Assembly (NCBI GenBank): GCA_030603365.1
Contig: JAUVXV010000006.1
Location: forward strand, 64,001-128,000
Origin: Candidatus Heimdallarchaeota archaeon
GTDB lineage: Archaea > Asgardarchaeota > Heimdallarchaeia > Heimdallarchaeales > Heimdallarchaeaceae
Direction of reading: 5' to 3'
DNA: 64,000 nucleotides
Below, in pieces: positions 40,079-49,588 of the stretch. The notes beneath the pieces are model-generated. The model made no database searches, had not been told where the DNA came from, and saw only the letters and a program-made list of their open reading frames with translations. The position numbers and the translations under genes were made by a program. Every line of letters begins with the position of its first letter. The first letter of the stretch is position 1.

Positions 40079-40957
40079 ATGCAAAATGGACCGAAATGGG
40101 ATCATTACAATATTAGTATTGATTCTAATACAAAAACGAAGAGAATTTCTAGTAGAAAAGAGAAGATTTTAGGATTAGAATTTTTTAGAAGTGATTTAGA
40201 AGAGATTCAAGATTTGAAATTATTACAACATGGTGGAATTTATCTATTAATAAATGTTGATTTTTCAAGTGAAACTAAATACCAGATGTATATAGGTGAA
40301 TGCAGTAGTCTTATGAAAAGAATAAAACAGCATAACTCAAATAAGGCTTTCTGGAATAGAGGGCTTATTTTTACAAAAGATGATGATACCTTAGACAGAG
40401 GTGAAAATAGATATCTTGAAACAAAATTATTTGAATTTCTGAATGAACTTGATAGATTTCAATTTGTGAATAAAATAGATCCTAGTGAAGAACCTAAAGA
40501 TTCGATCATACGCGAGATTTGTGACAGTTATTTAGAAAGTATTGAGGTAATTCTACATTTGTTCAACTATATTGAACCTGCTGATTTTGAAGACACGGAA
40601 AGCAAAACTAATCAAAATGAGAATTACATAGAAATCCAACTAGGTGCTTCCAAAAGTGGAAAAACTCCTAGATGGAAAAGGTATAACTTAATTCCTTTAA
40701 ATACAGAAATAAGAAAATTCTTTCCGAAATATAAAGAGGATTTCATATTTGAAACAGATATTGGAGAGATTTCCTCTTATGTTACAAGTAGATCAGGTAA
40801 ATCAGATTATGACCCTGAAGTTGAAGGAAAATACATTGCAAAAGGAATATTCGAATGGTATAGGGAACATGAAGAATTAGAACCAGGAGATTTCTTAATT
40901 ATCAAGGAATTAATACCAAAAAAACGCTACCACTTGAGTTGTAGAAAGAACAAATAA
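40079..40957 (+). CDS. GIY-YIG nuclease with C-terminal beta-barrel-like domain
   Basis: GIYLL...YIGE...RIKQH...FW...YLE; C-terminal LEPGDFLII. Confidence 0.78.
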   Translation: MQNGPKWDHYNISIDSNTKTKRISSRKEKILGLEFFRSDLEEIQDLKLLQHGGIYLLINVDFSSETKYQMYIGECSSLMKRIKQHNSNKAFWNRGLIFTKDDDTLDRGENRYLETKLFEFLNELDRFQFVNKIDPSEEPKDSIIREICDSYLESIEVILHLFNYIEPADFEDTESKTNQNENYIEIQLGASKSGKTPRWKRYNLIPLNTEIRKFFPKYKEDFIFETDIGEISSYVTSRSGKSDYDPEVEGKYIAKGIFEWYREHEELEPGDFLIIKELIPKKRYHLSCRKNK

Positions 40958-41067
40958 TACATTGAGTTAAGAAAAACATATTATGCAAGATAATTTTCAA
41001 TTAATGTCATGATCTTGCATATCTGGATTTCCCTTTATATGAGCTGAAGAACAAAAGAGATGATATT

Positions 41068-41781
41068 ATGGATTTCTCAAAGATATTTAATGACCGTAAA
41101 GATGTAGAATACCTTTATGATTTAGAAGAATTATATATTCTTGCTCTTAAAATATTCAAGCAGTACGAAAATGAATTTTCGAAACCAGTATGTATTATTA
41201 TTAAAGCCAAAGAATCTCAGTTATTTAAACTCAGTAGAATGATACATTCACTTTTTCTTATCAAGAAACAAATTAGTTTAGAAACTTTACTTCCTGTCGA
41301 TTCTATTGGTTCTCTTTCTAATTTTTCTATTGCTGATGAAGAAGGAAAATATGATTATTTGCTCTGTAACATTTCGATTATGTTAGATATTATTTTACTA
41401 GTTGAACTTTCTAAAGACATTCTTCAAGTAGTTATAGAAGCTATGTTGAAGAAACTGTATGAGAAGAATTGCTCAATAATAAATTATGTAACAACTGAAA
41501 GCGAATTAGAGGATAAATTAAGATTCTTTAGAAAAACTGGTTATCAAGTAGAAATTTTTGATACAAATGAAATCAAGGAATATACCAGGGATAAGTACCA
41601 GTCAATTTTACAAGATTTACAGTTTACTCTTACTATACTTACATGGAGAGAAATGATTGAAAACAGTGAAAATCCTAACTACATCAAGGAAATAGCAATG
41701 AAAAGTATAAACATCTTAGACTTAGGATTTACTCTGGAGCAGATAAATTTTGACGAACTATTAGAAAGCAATAAAATCTAG
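41068..41781 (+). CDS. Hypothetical protein
   Basis: 237-aa ORF only. Confidence 0.5.
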   Translation: MDFSKIFNDRKDVEYLYDLEELYILALKIFKQYENEFSKPVCIIIKAKESQLFKLSRMIHSLFLIKKQISLETLLPVDSIGSLSNFSIADEEGKYDYLLCNISIMLDIILLVELSKDILQVVIEAMLKKLYEKNCSIINYVTTESELEDKLRFFRKTGYQVEIFDTNEIKEYTRDKYQSILQDLQFTLTILTWREMIENSENPNYIKEIAMKSINILDLGFTLEQINFDELLESNKI

Positions 41782-41821
41782 GAATATTGTAAGAAACGTA
41801 AGAAATTTGCTTTTTTTCGTT

Positions 41822-42262
41822 TCAAAATCGAATACAAAAACTGTTGAATGAGATATCATCCCCTATCCTCTGATCATAGTAACCATAATGCTTACATCTA
41901 TCTACTAGTTCATACTGTATCATTCTGTTCCTATTTGGGAAAGCTTGAACAGCTTCAAGGAAAGGTCTGAGTAATAATCCTCTCTCCATCATCTCATCTA
42001 TGAACTCATTTGCTACATATACTAAAGATTCTGAAGGATTCTGATAGTCTCCTTTGATAAGTATCTTTGATTGCTCCTGGTTCTTCTCTTCTAATAGTCC
42101 AAAATGGTCTAGTATTCCTACCATTCCCTTAATATCTGCTTTCTGTCTTTTGTGACCTAGTTTGAGTAATTTTTGAGATATCAACTCTGTTTCAGAACTT
42201 TGTTCTTTCAGTATTATTTCTAATACTTTGTGTGAGGAAGTTCGATGAATGAAATTGACCAT
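41822..42262 (-). CDS. Hypothetical wHTH-like protein, possibly truncated
   Basis: 146-aa ORF; ILDHFGLLEE helix-wing pattern. Confidence 0.4.
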   Translation of the reverse strand: MVNFIHRTSSHKVLEIILKEQSSETELISQKLLKLGHKRQKADIKGMVGILDHFGLLEEKNQEQSKILIKGDYQNPSESLVYVANEFIDEMMERGLLLRPFLEAVQAFPNRNRMIQYELVDRCKHYGYYDQRIGDDISFNSFCIRF

Positions 42263-42350
42263 ATAGCTTTACTTTCACTGTGTAACTTATAATTATGTTT
42301 TGCAAAAAGATAAATAGTATAGCAATAAATTTCTCTGGTTGGTGTTATAA

Positions 42351-43442
42351 GTGAAAAGAGAAGATATAGTAAAATACTTTAAACTTGAAAATAATGAAGA
42401 CCTTTTTGAAATCGCAATTAAGCCCCCTTCATGCGGAGGTGGGAGTGAGTTTGATAATCTTGCCTTAGAAGGAGATAGAGTATTAGACCAAGCTTTTGAA
42501 TCTATCTTGAATTCTATGGAAATATTAACCAAAGGAGATAAAGCCAGATATAGAGCTAGTTTTCATAATAGCATCACATTGAGTAATATTGGTAGAACCC
42601 TAGGATTTGATCGCATGTTATCCCCTTTAGATTCCACTTATGTTATCCAGATAAAAGATTTAAAAGAAATGGTTGAAGCACTGTTAGGGGCAAGTTTTCG
42701 AATTAATGGACTTGATTCTTGTATATCTATTGTTAAAAATATATTTGATTTAGCTTTGAAACACAATCTTCTGATAGAAAATTTCAAAGGACTGTTGTTA
42801 CAATTTAATGATCAACAATCGAATTTCACTGATATTGTGATACATGATCCAGTAAGAGTGGGTGGAGAAGATCATGCACTATTATTCAAAGCAACAATAA
42901 GTGGAAAGTTCAAGGGGATTAAATATGAAATTGAGAGTTCAGAAAAACGAACTAAGGGAGGAGCAGAACAAGATGCTGCAAGGAAATATCTAGAATTAGA
43001 ATTTGGAAGTTTACAAGGATCAATCAGTCTTCCTGAAACAGAGCAACCTGTGAAAGTTCAAAAAAGTGTAGTTCAATCTCTTTCTGTAAGAGAGATTTTA
43101 TTCTCAAAAACAGATCTACAACTGAAAGATAAAATTGAACTTGATACTGTGAAAGGTGAGTTACTTACGGAGTATTTTTGGCGTAAAGCTAAGAAAAATC
43201 CGTATGGAGCTTTAATGTTGTTGAACGCTCATCTTCCTGAGATTAAAGGAGCAGCTTGGTATGCAACTATAGACTGTAGAGAACTTTGTCTCTATAATAT
43301 TGAAATAGATGGAGAGAGTTATTTTGAGATTGGATTAGGGCTATCAAAATCCAAAGCAAGAAAACAAGCTGCTCAGAAAATTATTAATTCAAGTCAACTA
43401 GCTTTCTGGTTACAAAAGAATCATGAAAATACGATAATATGA
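42351..43442 (+). CDS. Ribonuclease III domain protein with two dsRBD-like domains
   Basis: DNLALEGDRVL (cf. ERLEFLGD), EMVEALLGA; dsRBD helices TKGGAEQDAARKYL and GLGLSKSKARKQAAQKII. Confidence 0.75.
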   Translation: MKREDIVKYFKLENNEDLFEIAIKPPSCGGGSEFDNLALEGDRVLDQAFESILNSMEILTKGDKARYRASFHNSITLSNIGRTLGFDRMLSPLDSTYVIQIKDLKEMVEALLGASFRINGLDSCISIVKNIFDLALKHNLLIENFKGLLLQFNDQQSNFTDIVIHDPVRVGGEDHALLFKATISGKFKGIKYEIESSEKRTKGGAEQDAARKYLELEFGSLQGSISLPETEQPVKVQKSVVQSLSVREILFSKTDLQLKDKIELDTVKGELLTEYFWRKAKKNPYGALMLLNAHLPEIKGAAWYATIDCRELCLYNIEIDGESYFEIGLGLSKSKARKQAAQKIINSSQLAFWLQKNHENTII

Positions 43443-43543
43443 TCTAACAATAGCTTTTCAGGACAAATGTTAGCATTCAATTTAAATATACACTTAAATA
43501 ATCTTATAAAATCTCTTAGAACAATAAAAAGAAGGTAGAGAGT

Positions 43544-43984
43544 TTGAACAATAAAGAAACAGAAGAACCAATTCTTCTTAACGAAGAAGAGATGAACAAA
43601 ATTGAAGTACTTTGTTTAGAGTTGAAATATCAGTTAAAGATCTTAAAAGAGATGATAGTGTCTTCCAATGAGAAGAAGAAGAAAATCTCACTATATGAAC
43701 CTCAGACTTCTCACCTTACTGAACTTACATCACTTGTTTATCCATTGATTAAAAACGAAGTGGAAATAATAGAAACATTACAGCAAATTAGAGGAAACAT
43801 TTCAGCTTTGAAACAGCATTTTAACATGTTTATTCCAATCTTTGGGTCTACTTCTATCTTTTTGAATAGAAGAAAGATTATTTCAAACTATAATCAATTT
43901 ATTGACGAAATAGCAGAAAAAACTATAATTCTAATAAATAAATCACTAGATATTCTGATAAACAGATTTAGCTTAGAGACATAA
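43544..43984 (+). CDS. Hypothetical helical protein
   Basis: 146-aa ORF only. Confidence 0.4.
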   Translation: MNNKETEEPILLNEEEMNKIEVLCLELKYQLKILKEMIVSSNEKKKKISLYEPQTSHLTELTSLVYPLIKNEVEIIETLQQIRGNISALKQHFNMFIPIFGSTSIFLNRRKIISNYNQFIDEIAEKTIILINKSLDILINRFSLET

Positions 43985-44086
43985 TTAATTGCTGGTTTTT
44001 TATTGAATTAAATAGAGAAAATTATCGAGAAAATAGTTAGTAAGAAACCATATAACAAGTATGTATCTATATAGAGTAGAGGAAAT

Positions 44087-44638
44087 ATGAAAACTTTAGT
44101 TGCAATAATTGGAGACTCAAATATCTCTCAAGAATCAATCAAATATAAATTATCTTATAGATTAGGAAGATTATTGGTGGATAATAAGTATGTAATAATT
44201 ACAGGAGGTCGAGGGGGAGTTATGAAAGCTGCAAGAAAAGGAGGAAGAAGTTCACATAATTATAAAATTGGATCAATAATCGACATTTTACCTTATTTTG
44301 ATCCAAACAAGGGTGATTCCAGCAGTGATTTAATCATATCTACAGGTCTGGATATATTTAGAAACACAATAGTGGCAAATAGTTATGCAGTAATAGCAAT
44401 AGGTGGTGGAGCAGGAACATTATCTGAAATTGCTTACGCATGGCAATTAAAACGAATGATAATTGCATATAAGGTAGAAGGTTGGAGTGGTAAACTTGCT
44501 AATACTAAAATCGACGAGAGAAAAAGAATTGACTGGGAAGGAGATAAAGTGTTTGGTGTTGAAACCGCTGAGGAAACACTATCTATTTTACTTAATTACA
44601 AAGGATATTATCTGAAATGGCATAAACGTATATCATGA
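44087..44638 (+). CDS. SLOG/LOG-family protein (TIGR00725-like)
   Basis: TGGRGGVM.AA..G, TGL...RN.IV, GGGAGTLSEIAYAW. Confidence 0.85.
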   Translation: MKTLVAIIGDSNISQESIKYKLSYRLGRLLVDNKYVIITGGRGGVMKAARKGGRSSHNYKIGSIIDILPYFDPNKGDSSSDLIISTGLDIFRNTIVANSYAVIAIGGGAGTLSEIAYAWQLKRMIIAYKVEGWSGKLANTKIDERKRIDWEGDKVFGVETAEETLSILLNYKGYYLKWHKRIS

Positions 44639-44731
44639 TATTTTTAGAAATATTTAGTAATTAAAAATCTGTTGTGTTTAAAATTGAAAAAAAAATAAGT
44701 AAAAGGAATAGTAAGCTAGTTCTTGCAATTC

Positions 44732-44953
44732 TTAATATCTTCTTGGTTTTTGCTGTTGAAAGCACTCTCTACAATAAACTGGTCTTGAACCGTCAGGTTT
44801 GAAAGGAACTTCTGTTTCTTGCTTACATTTAGCACAAGTAGCTTTATGGAGTTCTACTGGTCTCCTTTGACCAAATCCTGAACTTCTACCTCTATTTCCA
44901 CTTCTATTGTTTGACCTACCGCCACTTCTATTTCGATTATCTCTATATGACAT
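44732..44953 (-). CDS. CxxC-x17-CxxC domain protein with RG-rich N-terminus
   Basis: CAKCKQETEVPFKPDGSRPVYCREC. Confidence 0.88.
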   Translation of the reverse strand: MSYRDNRNRSGGRSNNRSGNRGRSSGFGQRRPVELHKATCAKCKQETEVPFKPDGSRPVYCRECFQQQKPRRY

Positions 44954-45244
44954 TGTTTTTACCTTTGTTTCTTTTTTGCAGCTAACCGATAGCAAAATTA
45001 GTTAATCTATGCAAAAAAACTGTCCTACTTTGTTCATTTCAACCAGTTTCTCATAAAATACCTAGTTCTAGCTACTTGAATTCTCTACAATTCATCAAAA
45101 AAATCTCTGCTATTTAAACAATTATATCTGACTGGAGTTTCTCCTTACCATTCTTTGGATGAATTTATCACAAACACTAAGGAGTTTCTTTAGGAGGATT
45201 GAGGAAGAATTAAATAATCAAGTACATTCAATTGTACGAGAAAC

Positions 45245-45787
45245 ATGAAATTAAGAATTCAGAGAAATATGTGGAAAATTTCAGCAAGCGAAAGAGTTAC
45301 AGATAAACCTGCTTTTTGGGAGGAGTTTCGAGACAATAATATTATTGCATTTGGAACCTACGGTGAAGGTGATATCCAGCATTATGATAATGTTAGTGAT
45401 CTTGAAAAGAAAATTTCAGAACTTAAAAATACCAAACATAGTAGCCCAACAGCTAATTTCTGTTTCGAATTTAGAGATGAAGTCGAATCAGGAGACATAG
45501 TGATTGTTTATGCTAGAAAGACAATTTTTGGAATAGGATATGTAATCAGTGGATATTACTACAAAGAGGATGAACTAGGGAAAGGAAAAGGAGAGAAGGA
45601 GGAATTTGGTTACAAAGATGGAATCCCTAATAGAAGAGATGTAAAATGGATTGTAACAAATAGTATAAAGGATGAAAAGTTAGCAATACTAAGTAAACCT
45701 CAAATCACTTTCTTTAAGCTCAACAAAGAACAAGAAAAAACCGTAATAAAGGTATTGAAAAAACAGCAAATCTTAGATAGAGATTAA
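45245..45787 (+). CDS. Standalone PUA/EVE-like domain resembling N-termini of McrB/Mrr-type proteins
   Basis: WKIS...WEEF..NNIIAFG...F.DEVESGDIVIVY...GIG.V.S.YYY...RRDVKW. Confidence 0.6.
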   Translation: MKLRIQRNMWKISASERVTDKPAFWEEFRDNNIIAFGTYGEGDIQHYDNVSDLEKKISELKNTKHSSPTANFCFEFRDEVESGDIVIVYARKTIFGIGYVISGYYYKEDELGKGKGEKEEFGYKDGIPNRRDVKWIVTNSIKDEKLAILSKPQITFFKLNKEQEKTVIKVLKKQQILDRD

Positions 45788-45860
45788 TTTAGTAGTGGAA
45801 AAAATTAGAAAGAAGTCCTAAAAGTCTTCGTTGAAGAAAATATCTTTGATTTACATAGGA

Positions 45861-47054
45861 TCAGATTAAATCATTATTTATTCCTTTTATCTGCTCAATT
45901 ATTAGCTTAATTGATTTATCTAGTGAATCCATTTCCAACAATTCCGCTTCTTTTCCACCCAGTATTAGCAGTTCTTCTGGATTTTCTTTGAAATAACTCA
46001 ACCATACTCTGAGATAATTGCTCAATCTCCTCTGCATCTTTTTCTCTAGTTCAACTATTTTGTCAGATTTCTTACTATTACATGATTTACATGTTGGGAA
46101 CAGGTTCCAGAATCTATCTACAGGATATTTTGACCAGGGTATAAAATGGTCTAGATCAAATGATTTAATCTCTTTCTCACAATAGATACAGTGCATGGGT
46201 TCAAATATCTGTAAAGCGATCTTTCTCAGTTTATTCATCTTCAGTGTTTCCCTCTCAGGTTCTTTCTTATGAAGATTTAATCCATTAAATAGAGCATATA
46301 TTGCTTTTGAATCATTCTGTAAATAATTCTCAACAGAATATTCTAACCATCTCTTTATTATAGCGTCCTTTATGAAAAATCTTGATTTTGCTAATTCTCT
46401 ATAAGTATAATGTCCCATTTGGATGAATAGTGTTTCTTCTCTCTCCAACTCAAACCAAGACATCTCTCCTCTTTTTCCCTTCCAAGCAGTAGACTTTGAA
46501 CGAATACTCTGATAATCCTCTAATTCTCCTGAAAGTAGAGTATTATTATACAATCCAAACAAAGCAAAAGATTCTTCTTTGAACTTAACACCAGAAGTTA
46601 GTTCTTCCTGAAGATTTCTGTTACTTGCTATTTTGATATACTGTAAAGGTTGATCAATTATCTGATACCTGATTTTAATTAGAAGAGAGGTGAGTTCTTT
46701 ATCCAATATCTCATCAGCTTCGATTTTCTCTTTTATTTTCAAAATTGCTTCTGGAGTTAGATATGAAAAGGATTTATCCTGCTGCTTTTCTACAAATTCC
46801 CTTATTATTTTGTGTAGTGAGATTTGTGCTGGTCCTTGTTTGATTCCTTTTTCTCCATAAATCATTAAAGGGTAGTAATAGTATAACCATTGCTTAGCTA
46901 GATAGACTATGGGTATATTATGAAATCCGTTTTGAGGATATTCATTAGGGTTTTCAATGATATAATCCACCAATGCAGATATCAGTGCAAATTTGTATGT
47001 ACTGGATTTCTTCTCGCTAAATAGAACTGATTCAATTCCTATCAAAACTTCCAT
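45861..47054 (-). CDS. HNH endonuclease with N-terminal STYKFAL domain
   Basis: CIYC...LDHFIPWS....WNLFPTCKSCNSKKSD. Confidence 0.85.
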   Translation of the reverse strand: MEVLIGIESVLFSEKKSSTYKFALISALVDYIIENPNEYPQNGFHNIPIVYLAKQWLYYYYPLMIYGEKGIKQGPAQISLHKIIREFVEKQQDKSFSYLTPEAILKIKEKIEADEILDKELTSLLIKIRYQIIDQPLQYIKIASNRNLQEELTSGVKFKEESFALFGLYNNTLLSGELEDYQSIRSKSTAWKGKRGEMSWFELEREETLFIQMGHYTYRELAKSRFFIKDAIIKRWLEYSVENYLQNDSKAIYALFNGLNLHKKEPERETLKMNKLRKIALQIFEPMHCIYCEKEIKSFDLDHFIPWSKYPVDRFWNLFPTCKSCNSKKSDKIVELEKKMQRRLSNYLRVWLSYFKENPEELLILGGKEAELLEMDSLDKSIKLIIEQIKGINNDLI

Positions 47055-47179
47055 AGATTCAAAGAAGATTCTTTCAATAAAAATCTAGTGTAGTTTTATT
47101 ATATAGGTAAGAATTTAGCAAAATAATACCATTCACAGACATTTTAACCATTTTTTTATTAAGTTAAAAGCAATTTTAT

Positions 47180-47638
47180 GTGTCTCTAATGTCCGATAAT
47201 AGCATTTCCAGAAAGGTTGATATAAGTTGGGGATTTGAGCTCACTATAATAGATACCCCGAACACATTATATAGTTCAGTTTATGAATCTGAAAGAACAG
47301 AAGAAGCTTTATTAGAGATGCTAAAAAATAAGAGAAATAGATATTTCTATATTGTTAGTACTCCGAAAATGCGAATTGAATCAAGATCTTTTATTCAGAA
47401 GTTAATGCAATTAAAGGATAAACTAAGAAATTTTGAATTTGTTTTTGTTAAAGGAAACAAGGATCCTGATGAAGAAATATTAAACTTGGCTTTATCACTA
47501 AAATGTCCAGTTATTTCTAATGATAAATTTAAACAGAGACATTACGATCGGTTTAGAAATAAAAAAATTGAGATATGGAGATTCAAAATTAATAAGAAGA
47601 CAAATTGTTTGAAAATATATGAAAAATGGAGACTATAG
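47180..47638 (+). CDS. NYN/PIN (Zc3h12a-like) ribonuclease domain protein
   Basis: IIDTPN, DPDEEILNLA, VISNDKF acidic motifs. Confidence 0.7.
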   Translation: MSLMSDNSISRKVDISWGFELTIIDTPNTLYSSVYESERTEEALLEMLKNKRNRYFYIVSTPKMRIESRSFIQKLMQLKDKLRNFEFVFVKGNKDPDEEILNLALSLKCPVISNDKFKQRHYDRFRNKKIEIWRFKINKKTNCLKIYEKWRL

Positions 47639-47659
47639 TAATCAAATATGGGTGTTTAG

Positions 47660-48319
47660 ATGGTTTATCAAATAAGAAGGATAGAAGCAGAGGACGATAT
47701 AGCAGGGTTAAGTCTTGGTTTAGCAATTCTCCTACCTGTTTATAGTTATGATTTACTATTTGGTTTTACTATACAAAAATCAGGTTCAGAAACTCTAAGA
47801 ATCTGTAAATATAGACCTATAGAAGAAAAGATAAAGATGTATAGCAACATTGATTTTGCTAAACATGATATCAAAGAAGAACTATTGATCAAGATAACAG
47901 ACTCTCTGGATTATGTTCTTGAAGAATATAGTACTTTAGATGAAATATTTGCATATAGGAAAAATCAAATTTTAGATTCAAGTTTGAAAGGAGGAAATTT
48001 GAGTAACTTAGTGTATTCTGTTTGTTATTATGAGAATAAACGACACTTCGGATTTTGCTTTATGAGAGATGAGAGAGATGAGCCAATATTACGATTCTTT
48101 AGAGTTGATGTTGATTATGGATCAGTATATCCAAGATCTCTTAGAAAAGACTATTATGAAGAACATAGATACTTTGGAATATCTCTAAGAGATTTAAAAT
48201 ACCGAGATTTTATGAAAGCTTTACTTGAAATACTCTTAGAAACACTTGAAATTATCCAAGAAGGAGAACCTAGTTTCAGAGAATTTCATAAGTATGCTGA
48301 TAAATTCACACTCTTTTAA
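47660..48319 (+). CDS. Hypothetical protein
   Basis: 219-aa ORF; possible weak internal repeat (FGF...LR twice). Confidence 0.5.
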   Translation: MVYQIRRIEAEDDIAGLSLGLAILLPVYSYDLLFGFTIQKSGSETLRICKYRPIEEKIKMYSNIDFAKHDIKEELLIKITDSLDYVLEEYSTLDEIFAYRKNQILDSSLKGGNLSNLVYSVCYYENKRHFGFCFMRDERDEPILRFFRVDVDYGSVYPRSLRKDYYEEHRYFGISLRDLKYRDFMKALLEILLETLEIIQEGEPSFREFHKYADKFTLF

Positions 48320-48327
48320 TTTTTTGT

Positions 48328-48711
48328 TTATAAATTTTCTCTTCTATAATTCACATCATCTTCATGTTGATCATCAAAATCATTTTCTGATAAAAGAACT
48401 AGATCAAATTTAGCTCCAGATTGAAAATCAAGATGAACAACATTGTAATTGCTTCCAGGATAAACATTATCAGCTTTAAAATTTGATTTTAAAACTGAAA
48501 TTAATCTAGGATAAAAAGACTCTTCTGAAGGATTACCTGTAACAGAGAATATTACATCCATATCACTATCTGGTCTGTGTGTCCTAAGAGCTCGTGATCC
48601 AGCTTGAGCTATTCTAGAAATTTTCAGATTTGATTTTGTCATTACATTAACTATACTCTTCCATAGTCTATGATAATGAGCTTCACTATTCTTATTATTA
48701 TTAAATGTCAT
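48328..48711 (-). CDS. Minimal pol-beta-like nucleotidyltransferase
   Basis: AGSRALRTHRPDSDMD (GS...DxD) and third Asp in FDLV; 127 aa, no C-lobe. Confidence 0.8.
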   Translation of the reverse strand: MTFNNNKNSEAHYHRLWKSIVNVMTKSNLKISRIAQAGSRALRTHRPDSDMDVIFSVTGNPSEESFYPRLISVLKSNFKADNVYPGSNYNVVHLDFQSGAKFDLVLLSENDFDDQHEDDVNYRRENL

Positions 48712-48813
48712 GACAAAGTAATTGTTATTAAATTATAAAAAGCTTTAGAATTCCATTGCAGTTATACTGAAAACACATACAACAAAACCAAGTTTTTTAG
48801 ATGCAACAAGATT

Positions 48814-49584
48814 CTATTTGAAAATAAAGGTTTCATCAATTGGATTAGTCTTTATCTTCTTGTATGCGTTTTTCGATTCACTTAAAAGAAATTCTTTTTT
48901 TGGGAAACTGAAATTATATGAAACTAGTGATCTATTCCTAGAATCAAACAATTGCAGATTATCCTTTAGTTCAGAATCTTTAATATATTCAAAAAACAAC
49001 TTCAGAGAATCTGTAAAAGTTTCAGGTTCATTGCTTTTGAAACAACGTACTAGTATTAATTCAATTGCAAAAGAAGGAATATTTCCAGTATTAGGAGAAT
49101 TTTCAGGTAAATCTCTCCAATATTTTAGAATTCTAGCAGATCCTTTAAACAGATCACCATAACCTGCTATTTCAGCAACTTCTTTCATTGATCTTTGTGC
49201 TCTTCCCAGATCATCAGTTAAACCATATTTAGTTGGTAAAACATCCATATGAACTCCTCTTACAGTTATATTTACTGATCTCTTACGTATTATAGATTGT
49301 GTTGTAGAACAGCCTTTGAGAGTTGTTTGAAATCTTTCTAATATTTTTTCCATATCTTGTTTTGGGGAAAGCAGAACTACAGCATCAAGATCACTTTGTC
49401 CTTTGATTCCTGTTCCCTTACCTATGGAACCACATTTCCAAATTTCTACCTTAAGGATATTCTTATTACCATCTAGACATTTGGAAACCGAATTTAAAGC
49501 TGCATTATAATTTCTTATATCAGATATACTAGGTTTCAATTTCTTTGCTAAACTGACTAATCTATCTTCAAAACTCATTTTCAA
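48814..49584 (-). CDS. CD-NTase/OAS-like (SMODS) nucleotidyltransferase
   Basis: GSIGKGT.I...SDLD, MDVLP, RILKYWR, IPSFAIEL C-lobe motifs. Confidence 0.8.
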   Translation of the reverse strand: MKMSFEDRLVSLAKKLKPSISDIRNYNAALNSVSKCLDGNKNILKVEIWKCGSIGKGTGIKGQSDLDAVVLLSPKQDMEKILERFQTTLKGCSTTQSIIRKRSVNITVRGVHMDVLPTKYGLTDDLGRAQRSMKEVAEIAGYGDLFKGSARILKYWRDLPENSPNTGNIPSFAIELILVRCFKSNEPETFTDSLKLFFEYIKDSELKDNLQLFDSRNRSLVSYNFSFPKKEFLLSESKNAYKKIKTNPIDETFIFK

Positions 49585-49588
49585 TTCC

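Noticed and set aside
27445-49584. Calling QueC + TGT + CD-NTase a canonical type IV CBASS
   Set aside because: The CD-NTase is about 20 kb away on the opposite strand and starts M(K)MSFEDRL with no N-terminal Gly. The gene coupled to the TGT-like gene is a Gly-tailed TIR.
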